Shown in pieces: positions 18,737 to 26,097 of a stretch of 64,000 nucleotides of DNA. This stretch comes from Candidatus Gastranaerophilales bacterium (GTDB taxonomy: Bacteria > Cyanobacteriota > Vampirovibrionia > Gastranaerophilales > Gastranaerophilaceae): contig CAJUKY010000003.1 in NCBI GenBank assembly GCA_910587055.1, positions 34,499-98,498 of the forward strand. Reading direction: 5' to 3'. The notes below the pieces were generated by a model that saw nothing but the letters and a program-made list of their open reading frames with translations, made no database searches and was not told the DNA's origin. Within the stretch, counting starts at the first letter, position 1. Every line of letters starts with the position of its first letter. Position numbers and translations under genes: made by a program.

Positions 18737-19489
18737 TTGAGCGAACAAAGAGTTTCAGAATTATTTTTAAATAATATTTACGTATTGCCTTTATGGGTAA
18801 AACAGGTAATTTATCTTAAAACAAAAGAAAAATTAACTGAAGAATTGGCTGAATTTTTGGATTTGTTAAATCCTGAAAATCTTATGCAGCATTATATACC
18901 CGAGCTTACTTTTAAAGGAAAAAGAGAACTTGAAAAAAGAGAATTGGGGCTTCCTGAAAACTTTTATATTTTCCTTTCAAACTGTGCGCATGAAAATGAT
19001 TTATTTGAAATAACACTTTCTAATTACTGGACAATGGCTGAAACTTCAAAGATTTTTGTTCGAAGCGTTGAATTAGAACTTGTTAACCTGCCCGAATCAG
19101 AAAAAACCTATGCCGTTTCGCAATTTTTAGCAGGAAAAATCAGAACAGGTGAAGTTTTAAAGAAACTTGGAAAAATTGATATAACCCAGCTTGAAAAAGC
19201 AATCAGAGAACAAAAAGAAAGACAAAAACGCGGCGAAAATATTAAAATCGCAGACTGCATGATTTCTTTAGGATATATTACAGAAAAAGACGTTAAGGTT
19301 CTTCTTGCATTCAAAGAAGAATCAAGAAAAAGATTTATCATGGGCATGGGCTTATCATTCATCAAAGCCGATACGCCGTCTGATCAGCAAAAAATCTATG
19401 CAAATATGCAAAGACAAATGAAAAAACTTGATCAGGAAAATAAAATTCTTAAAAACAGATTAAGAAAAATCCTTAATATTCAAGAGTAA
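18737..19489 (+). CDS. Hypothetical protein with two MshEN/T2SSE_N-like 24-residue motifs (possible c-di-GMP receptor)
   Basis: TTG start. RTGEVLKKLGKIDITQLEKAIREQ (aa 136-159) and KIADCMISLGYITEKDVKVLLAFK (aa 170-193) resemble RLGxxLLxxGLLxxxxLxxxLxxQ. C-terminal coiled coil. Confidence 0.5.
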   Translation: MSEQRVSELFLNNIYVLPLWVKQVIYLKTKEKLTEELAEFLDLLNPENLMQHYIPELTFKGKRELEKRELGLPENFYIFLSNCAHENDLFEITLSNYWTMAETSKIFVRSVELELVNLPESEKTYAVSQFLAGKIRTGEVLKKLGKIDITQLEKAIREQKERQKRGENIKIADCMISLGYITEKDVKVLLAFKEESRKRFIMGMGLSFIKADTPSDQQKIYANMQRQMKKLDQENKILKNRLRKILNIQE

Positions 19490-19504
19490 TAAGGGATTTT
19501 AATA

Positions 19505-20485
19505 ATGAATTTTCCGATTTATTTCCCCGCGATAGATTTAATGCGCGGGGATTTTATCGACCAGAGATATTTTGCAATTGCATCCTTTTTTAAAATGGAG
19601 AATTTTTCCTGCGAAGAACCTCTGCAAGAAAAAGTTATATGCGGGGAGCATAATAACTATCCTTTCTTTTTAAGAAGCCTGCTAAAGCCAATACAGGCAA
19701 GTATTGTGGCTGATTTTAATACAAAAGAGTATTTTAATTTTTCAGATGAAGAAATTGCAATAATGCAAGCCTCCCATGCAGGAGAAGAAATTCACACAAA
19801 TCTTGTTTTATCGATATTAAAAAAAACGGGTCTTGATAAAACTTATTTAAAATGCCCCGCAATTGAACCGTTAAATCCAAATGTATTAAAAAACGGCACC
19901 CTGCCTGAAAAAATTCATAACAATTGCTCTGCAAAACATGCCATGATGCTTGCTCTGTCAAAACAGCTTAATTTTCCATTAGATAGTTATACAAATGTTA
20001 ACCATCCTTTGCAAAAATTAATATATGAAAAAATCCGCGAGCTTTCAGAATATAATAATCCTCCGCAGGCTTGTGACGGATGCACTCTTCCCGTATGGGG
20101 TCTGCCGTTTGAAAACATTGCAAAAGCTTTCTTTAAACTTTATAACAATAAAGAATATGAATTTTTAAAAACAGCATATATTAAAAACCCGTATATTATA
20201 GGCGGAACAGATAATTCAGGCTTAAGGCAGGATACTTTAATAATGAAATTAAACCCTGATTTAATCTCAAAAACAGGTGCAGGCGGGTTTTTATCAATTT
20301 ATAACAATAAAACGAGTGAATTTCTTCTTATAAAGATGGCACAGGATAATAATAAAGTCCGCATACTTCTTGCGGCAGATATTCTAAGGCAGCTCGGGTG
20401 GATAAAAGAAAACCCGCTTGATTATAATTTTTATAATGAAAATAATGAATCCGTCGGGCTCTACAGGGTAAATGCTAAATTATAA
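19505..20485 (+). CDS. Asparaginase II family protein (Rhizobium etli AnsA-type)
   Basis: LRSLLKPIQA, ASHAGEEIH and HNNCSAKHAMML resemble the conserved blocks of that family as I remember them. Confidence 0.75.
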   Translation: MNFPIYFPAIDLMRGDFIDQRYFAIASFFKMENFSCEEPLQEKVICGEHNNYPFFLRSLLKPIQASIVADFNTKEYFNFSDEEIAIMQASHAGEEIHTNLVLSILKKTGLDKTYLKCPAIEPLNPNVLKNGTLPEKIHNNCSAKHAMMLALSKQLNFPLDSYTNVNHPLQKLIYEKIRELSEYNNPPQACDGCTLPVWGLPFENIAKAFFKLYNNKEYEFLKTAYIKNPYIIGGTDNSGLRQDTLIMKLNPDLISKTGAGGFLSIYNNKTSEFLLIKMAQDNNKVRILLAADILRQLGWIKENPLDYNFYNENNESVGLYRVNAKL

Positions 20486-20535
20486 CCTGCAAAACAAAGG
20501 TGGTTTTTAATTAAATTTTAGTGTAATATTTTTTT

Positions 20536-21003
20536 ATGGCACTGGATCATGTTAATACAATAGCTAAAGATAACCTTAAAAATAAGGTTTATAAAGAACA
20601 AAAAAAGAAGAATACCAAAATCAGATTTTATCATTCTTTTGTAACGGTTGTTCTTCTTTTATGCGTGTTTCAAATAGGCTACAGTGCACTTTTAAATATT
20701 TCAAAAATTGTAATTTACAGAGCAAAAATAATAAAATCAAACGATTTAAAATTAAAAGCACAAAAAAGAAATGAAAAATTAAAAGAAGAATTAAATAATT
20801 TTAATTCAATGCAAAGGGTTGAATCCATTGCAAGAAATAACCTGAAAATGGCTGCCGAAAATGAGGTTTTAGTTATAATAAATGAACCGGAGCCTGAAAC
20901 TTATGTTCCAAAAACATTTAAGCAAAAACTTATATTCTTCTTTGAAGAAAATATTGCAAAGAAATTTGTACAGCAGGATTCAATAACAACAGGAATTCAA
21001 TAA
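20536..21003 (+). CDS. Septum formation initiator (FtsB/DivIC/FtsL-like) protein
   Basis: Single TM (FVTVVLLLCVFQIGYSALL), then a coiled coil and VESIARNNLKMAAENEVLV, which is the typical DivIC C-terminal block. Confidence 0.7.
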   Translation: MALDHVNTIAKDNLKNKVYKEQKKKNTKIRFYHSFVTVVLLLCVFQIGYSALLNISKIVIYRAKIIKSNDLKLKAQKRNEKLKEELNNFNSMQRVESIARNNLKMAAENEVLVIINEPEPETYVPKTFKQKLIFFFEENIAKKFVQQDSITTGIQ

Positions 21004-21008
21004 AACTC

Positions 21009-21041
21009 AAAGCCGGCTCTGTTTATTAAAGAACCGGCTTT
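21009..21041. terminator. Possible hairpin terminator
   Basis: aaagccgg (21009-21016) pairs with ccggcttt (21034-21041). The loop is large (17 nt) and the T tracts are short. Confidence 0.35.
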
Positions 21042-21101
21042 CAGCTGTTGTTAATGTTGTTTGTTATGTGCGAATTAGTGCGTTTGAAGATTTTCAAGAT
21101 G

Positions 21102-21278
21102 TTATCTGAACATAACTACGTTGGTTTTGCCCGCATTGTTATCCAGAGATTTAATTGCACAAAGAGCCATCATCCTGCGTTTTTTTGCTCCGTTTATCAT
21201 CATTTCTATGCAATTAAAACTATTGCTCTGCGGTTTTGTACTCTTCTTTAACATCTGAAAATCCTTATAATTTGCCAT
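21102..21278 (-). CDS. Possible small basic protein (58 aa); coding status uncertain
   Basis: ORF MANYKDFQMLKK...GKTNVVMFR sits between two hairpins (21009-21041 and 21373-21408). No clear SD. A competing plus-strand ORF (21048-21251) looks non-protein-like. Confidence 0.2.
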   Translation of the reverse strand: MANYKDFQMLKKSTKPQSNSFNCIEMMINGAKKRRMMALCAIKSLDNNAGKTNVVMFR

Positions 21279-21372
21279 GTGCGTTGACAATTATTAAATC
21301 GGTATTTTTAAATGAAAACTTTATATTTTCATCATTTATTGTTACAAAAGTTTATAATAAAATTCAGCACTA

Positions 21373-21408
21373 AAAAAGCAGGCTTATTCCTTTAATAGCC
21401 TGCTTTTT
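21373..21408. terminator. Intrinsic terminator downstream of the glutaredoxin gene (bidirectional shape)
   Basis: aaaaagcaggct (21373-21384) pairs with agcctgcttttt (21397-21408). A run upstream and T run downstream. Confidence 0.75.
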
Positions 21409-21425
21409 ATCTAAAATAAAATATA

Positions 21426-21677
21426 TTAAAATTTAATTTTTCCATCCTCATAAGCGGCAATTAAATCAGTATATCCGCCCAGTCTTTCACCGTCAATTAT
21501 AATCTGGGGAACCGTTACATCGCCTTCAATACAATATTTTTCGCCGAGTTTTTTTCTCATTTCTTCTTCATTGCCGTCAATTTTATATTGCGTAAAATTA
21601 ACATTATGTTCATTTAAAAAAGCAAGTGCGCGTTTGCAAAAAGGGCAGTAGTCAAGTGTATAAATTTCAACGTTCAT
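21426..21677 (-). CDS. Glutaredoxin
   Basis: 83 aa. YTLDYCPFCKRA active site. TVPQIIIDGERLGGYTDL. Confidence 0.9.
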   Translation of the reverse strand: MNVEIYTLDYCPFCKRALAFLNEHNVNFTQYKIDGNEEEMRKKLGEKYCIEGDVTVPQIIIDGERLGGYTDLIAAYEDGKIKF

Positions 21678-22174
21678 TTTTTAATCCTCTCTAAAATTTT
21701 TACTACACTGTCCTTTTCATCTTCCGCTATATCAAGTTTCAAATAGTCTTCAAAATACTCAGCGGCGCTTTCCATATCGCCTCTTGCCATAAACAGCATG
21801 CCGAGTTTTTTATACGCAAAAGGGAAATTTTCATTTACGGTTATTGCCTTTAAATATGCCCCTATTGCTTTATCTATCTGTTCATCTGCCTGATAAGCTT
21901 CACCGAGCATGAAATATAATAAAGAGCTTTGAGTTTTTTCCAACACCAATTCTAAATTACAAACAGCCGAAGAGTAATTACCCATCTCCATAAATATTCT
22001 GGCTAATTCGTAATTGTAATCCACATTATCAGGTTCATCTTCCGTTGCAATTTGAAGCATTTCAATTGCATCATCGTATCTGCAATCGGCTATCAGGCTT
22101 CTTATAAAATCAAGTCTTGAAAGTTCCGCCTGCTGAGTATCATCTTTTTGTTGATTTATTTCTTTTTTATCCAT
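21674..22174 (-). CDS. TPR-repeat protein
   Basis: TPR-like 34-aa repeats (AIEMLQ..DPDN, YELARIFMEMGNY, AIGAYLKAITVNENF). 4-nt overlap with the glutaredoxin start. Confidence 0.8.
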   Translation of the reverse strand: MDKKEINQQKDDTQQAELSRLDFIRSLIADCRYDDAIEMLQIATEDEPDNVDYNYELARIFMEMGNYSSAVCNLELVLEKTQSSLLYFMLGEAYQADEQIDKAIGAYLKAITVNENFPFAYKKLGMLFMARGDMESAAEYFEDYLKLDIAEDEKDSVVKILERIKK

Positions 22175-22212
22175 AAAATTATTATATAAGGAAAACTAAA
22201 AAAGGAAATAAT

Positions 22213-23004
22213 ATGTCAGGGCATTCAAAGTGGGCAAATATTAAACATAAAAAAGCAAAAGCAGATGCTGCGCGCGGTGTAAACTTTGCTAAATTTTCAA
22301 GAGAAATAATTATCGCAGCAAAAATGGGCGGAGGAGACCCCGCGGGAAATTTCCGTTTAAGAACTGCAATTGATAAAGCAAAAGCAGGCGGATTGCCCAA
22401 CGATACAATTAAAAGAGCCATTGAAAAAGGTGCAGGCGGCGGAGGCTCCGAAAACTTTGAAGAACTAACATATGAAGGATACGGTGCAGGCGGTGCCGCA
22501 ATTTTTATTGAAGCTGCAACCGATAACAAAAACAGAACCGCAGGAGATATCAGAAGCTATTTTACAAAATTTGGCGGAAACCTTGGCGCAGACGGCTGTG
22601 TGGGCTGGATATTCGAGCCCTGCGGTATGCTTACCTTTGATAAAATAGTTGAACCTGAGGATAAAAAGAGCAAGGAAAAGCCGAAAGAAATTACTCTGGA
22701 TGAAATTTTAGAAGCAAGTCTTGAATTTGAACCAAAAGATGTTTTTGAAGAGGATGACGAGATAAAAGTAACAACAACGGTTGAAAACTTCCAAAAGACC
22801 GTTGAAGGCTTTGAAGGATTAGGCCTGAAACCAAAAACGGCAGAACTTACGAGAATTCCTTCAAATTCAACGGAAATAACCGATGCCGATACTGCTAAAA
22901 AAATTCTTCTTCTGATGGAAAAGCTTGAAGAACATGATGATGTTCAAAACGTTTATTCAAACTTTGATATCGACGAAGATTTAATGAATTCAATAAATCT
23001 GTAA
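22213..23004 (+). CDS. yebC: YebC/PmpR-family DNA-binding regulator
   Basis: MSGHSKWANIKHKKAKADAARG is the family N-terminus. Carries a Lys/Glu-rich insertion (EPEDKKSKEKPKEITLDE). Confidence 0.95.
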   Translation: MSGHSKWANIKHKKAKADAARGVNFAKFSREIIIAAKMGGGDPAGNFRLRTAIDKAKAGGLPNDTIKRAIEKGAGGGGSENFEELTYEGYGAGGAAIFIEAATDNKNRTAGDIRSYFTKFGGNLGADGCVGWIFEPCGMLTFDKIVEPEDKKSKEKPKEITLDEILEASLEFEPKDVFEEDDEIKVTTTVENFQKTVEGFEGLGLKPKTAELTRIPSNSTEITDADTAKKILLLMEKLEEHDDVQNVYSNFDIDEDLMNSINL

Positions 23005-23025
23005 AGAAAGGTAAAACCCTTATAA

Positions 23026-26000
23026 ATGGCAGCACAGACAGCATCTGAAATGATTTTGCCAAAAAAAATAACCCCTAATGCAAGACAGCAAGAGGCAATT
23101 GATACGCTTTTAGGTCCCGTAATGCTTCTTGCAGGCCCGGGTACGGGAAAAACATTTACTTTGATTGAGCGCATTAAAAGTATGCTGAATCAAGGGGTAA
23201 AACCGTCAGAGATTTTATGCTTAACTTTTTCAGAAGCCGCAAGCTCTGAGATGAAAACAAGGCTTGTAAAAACCATGGGAGAAAATAATACAGGGGCAAT
23301 GAGCGTCTGCATTTCAACTTATCACAGTTTTTGCAAGGATATTATTGACCGTTTCCCGAGCAAATTTGAACTTCTTGATAACATTCAAGTCGTAGATGAT
23401 ATTACAAAACAAACCATCGTAAAAGAATGTATTGATAAATATCACGCAGATAAAGGGATTGAATTTTTAAAGGATAAATGGAATAACCGCTACCACTATG
23501 TAAGCCAGATGATTTCAGCTATTGACCTAATTAAAAGAGAACGCATCACAAGAGAAGAATATTTTGAATACTTTAATTCAAACCCTGATTGGCTGCCAAA
23601 ACTTGAAGAATTAAAAATTGAATACAAAGAAAGAGAACAAAAAGGCAAACTTGTAAAAACTTTTGTTGAAAAAATTGAAAAATTTGAAAACAAACTCGGC
23701 AAAGCAAAAGAATTTTACGAAATTTGCGAGCTGTATGAACAGGGGCTCCGCCAGCATAATTTAATAGATTTTTCCGATATGCTGAATCTTGTCTTAAAAA
23801 CACTTTTCTATGATGATGAGCTTTTATATGAAATTGCTTCAGGATTTAAATATATCCTTGTTGATGAATATCAGGATACAAACTCGGGACAAAATGAACT
23901 TATTTTTAATATTGCACGCGGCGCAAAGACGGATAATGTTTTTGTTGTAGGGGATGATGACCAGATTATTTATTCTTTTCAGGGTGCAAGGTGCGACAAC
24001 CTTAAAACATTCCTTAAAAAATACCCTGAAACAAAAGTAATCTGCTTAAAAGAAAATAACCGCTCAAGCCAGCTTGTGCTTGATTTTGCGGAAGATATAA
24101 TAAAAAATGATAAATCCCGCCTTTCAAATGACCCTGAATTTAAATTACACAATATTGATAAAAAACTCATTGCAAAAAACGAAAATGTAATTAAAAAAGA
24201 AGAAAAAATTCAATTTTCATTCTATTCAAACACCCTGCAGGAAAACAATGATATAGTTGATAAAATTGAAAATCTTATAAAAAAAGGAATTGAACCGAAG
24301 GAAATTGCAATTTTATCAAAAAGAAACGACCTTTTAATTCCTTTTGCAAAAATTCTAAAGGCAAAAAATATTCCGTATCAGCTAAACAGACAAAAAAGCG
24401 TTTTTGAAATTCCCGCTTTTATTATTTCTTATTTTTATTTAAAATGTCTTGATAATACTTACACTGGTGCGGACAAGCTTTTCGGGCTTCTTGTAAATGA
24501 ACCGTTTTTAATTGATGAGAGAGATTATTTCGAGCTTTTAAGATTAAACCGCACAGGAAACCTTGATGCCGATAAAAAAAGAACCTTTTTTGACAATATC
24601 AAAGAAAACCTTGAAACCGTTTTTAAAGATTCAAAAAAAATTCATGATTTCTACTCAACATTTATAGAATTAAAAAAGCAAAAATCCGCTAAAAGCCTCT
24701 CTGCTATAGTATATGATGTTATTTTAAAAACAGGAATTTTAGAATACTTTTCAAACAGAGCGGATGAAAAATTTGAAAACCTTGCCGCCATAAAAAGACT
24801 TCTGCAGGAAGTTTATTCTTATGTATCATTACATAAAACGGCAGCCCTGTCTGATTTTATGAGCCATCTGGATACATATTTAAAGCAGGGCATAAAGATG
24901 GAAATTGAAAAAAAACCTTATTGCGGCAATGCTGTTCAGCTTTTAACCTATCATGGCTCAAAAGGAAGAGAATTTGAATATGTATTTTTGCCCCAATTGA
25001 CTGCGCGCCTTTGGGAAAAATCCCGTTCGCCCGTGAGTCTTGATATACCGGTTCAAAAATCACAATTTCTTGATGATAAAGAAGAAAATAAAAAAGCGGA
25101 GCAGTTGAAACTTTTATTTGTAGGTATTACGCGCTCAAAATTCGGTCTGTATTTAAGCTATGCAAATTGCGATGATGAAATGAACGTTCAGGCTATGAGC
25201 GAATATTTATCATCAGATATGTTTAATAATCCTGCAATGTGCGATAAAAAGACTTTTGATACAAACCTTGAAGGGTATATGGAAGAGCTTAAACGCTCAC
25301 TTCTGTATCAAAATTCATCAGATGTTCAAAATGAATTAAAACAAAGAACCGATGATGTTACGGTCAGCGCTTCCGCTTTAAATGAATATTTAAGCTGCCC
25401 CAAAAAATATTATTATTCAAGCATTCTTAATATCCCCGTATATTTTGAGGAGGTTGACAATCTTTCATTCGGTTCTGCTGTCCACTTTGCTCTTGAAAAA
25501 ATGGCAAGAAGCGGAAAAGAACGGGGGAATTACCCTTCTCTTGATGAAACTCTGGCATTTTTTAAAGAAAAGATGAATACTCTTGAATTTAAAGATGAAG
25601 AATCGAGACAAAATTTTATGCAGCGCGGAGAGGATATCTTCAACGAAAATTATTTAAAATTAACGGAAACTCCGCTTGAAAATATTATTGCAAGCGAATT
25701 AAGACTTGAGACAAAAGAAGACGGATATACTTTAAAAGGCTTTGTGGACAGGGTTGTAAAAGCCGGCGGTAAATTATACATTTATGATTTTAAAACAGGA
25801 TCTGTTAAAAAGATTAAACCCGATGAAGATTATCATAACCAGCTCAGGTTTTATAAATATTTATATGAAAAAATAAACCCGGGGGCTGAAATTTGCGACT
25901 GTTCGCTTTTATATCTTGAAAAAGGTTTTACATATTCAAATGCAAACCTGACGGAAGAAGATAATATTGAAATTGAAAATAAAATTAAAGATTTTGTTTT

Positions 26001-26097
26001 AAATGTTAAAAATTTGAATTTTGAGCCTACACCATCAAATGAAGCTTGCAAATACTGCCCTTATACCATGATTTGCAAACTTGCAATGAAGGATTAA
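23026..26097 (+). CDS. UvrD/PcrA-type SF1 helicase fused to a C-terminal Cas4/AddB-like PD-(D/E)XK Fe-S nuclease domain
   Basis: Helicase motifs AGPGTGKT, LVDEYQDTN, VGDDDQIIYSFQGA, TYHGSKGREFEYVF and VGITRSK. Nuclease part: CPKKYYY...IYDFKTG...QLRFYKYL...CKYCPYTMIC (1+3 Cys). Confidence 0.9.
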   Translation: MAAQTASEMILPKKITPNARQQEAIDTLLGPVMLLAGPGTGKTFTLIERIKSMLNQGVKPSEILCLTFSEAASSEMKTRLVKTMGENNTGAMSVCISTYHSFCKDIIDRFPSKFELLDNIQVVDDITKQTIVKECIDKYHADKGIEFLKDKWNNRYHYVSQMISAIDLIKRERITREEYFEYFNSNPDWLPKLEELKIEYKEREQKGKLVKTFVEKIEKFENKLGKAKEFYEICELYEQGLRQHNLIDFSDMLNLVLKTLFYDDELLYEIASGFKYILVDEYQDTNSGQNELIFNIARGAKTDNVFVVGDDDQIIYSFQGARCDNLKTFLKKYPETKVICLKENNRSSQLVLDFAEDIIKNDKSRLSNDPEFKLHNIDKKLIAKNENVIKKEEKIQFSFYSNTLQENNDIVDKIENLIKKGIEPKEIAILSKRNDLLIPFAKILKAKNIPYQLNRQKSVFEIPAFIISYFYLKCLDNTYTGADKLFGLLVNEPFLIDERDYFELLRLNRTGNLDADKKRTFFDNIKENLETVFKDSKKIHDFYSTFIELKKQKSAKSLSAIVYDVILKTGILEYFSNRADEKFENLAAIKRLLQEVYSYVSLHKTAALSDFMSHLDTYLKQGIKMEIEKKPYCGNAVQLLTYHGSKGREFEYVFLPQLTARLWEKSRSPVSLDIPVQKSQFLDDKEENKKAEQLKLLFVGITRSKFGLYLSYANCDDEMNVQAMSEYLSSDMFNNPAMCDKKTFDTNLEGYMEELKRSLLYQNSSDVQNELKQRTDDVTVSASALNEYLSCPKKYYYSSILNIPVYFEEVDNLSFGSAVHFALEKMARSGKERGNYPSLDETLAFFKEKMNTLEFKDEESRQNFMQRGEDIFNENYLKLTETPLENIIASELRLETKEDGYTLKGFVDRVVKAGGKLYIYDFKTGSVKKIKPDEDYHNQLRFYKYLYEKINPGAEICDCSLLYLEKGFTYSNANLTEEDNIEIENKIKDFVLNVKNLNFEPTPSNEACKYCPYTMICKLAMKD

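Noticed and set aside
21312-21395. 27-codon plus-strand ORF (MKTLYFHHLLLQKFIIKFSTKKAGLFL) upstream of the grx terminator.
   Set aside because: It has no SD, runs into the terminator stem, and its composition looks like random AT-rich translation.
22182-22529. 115-aa minus-strand ORF antisense to yebC. The same applies to other long shadow ORFs: 15517-15939 (+) inside trmFO, 59000-59494 (-) inside the SulP gene, 4039-4344 (+) inside the GGDEF gene, 38588-38917 (+) inside the RND gene, and 57550-57945 (+) across dfx and the 3' end of the SulP gene.
   Set aside because: Each overlaps a gene with strong family motifs on the other strand or frame. None has a recognisable motif or ribosome-binding site.
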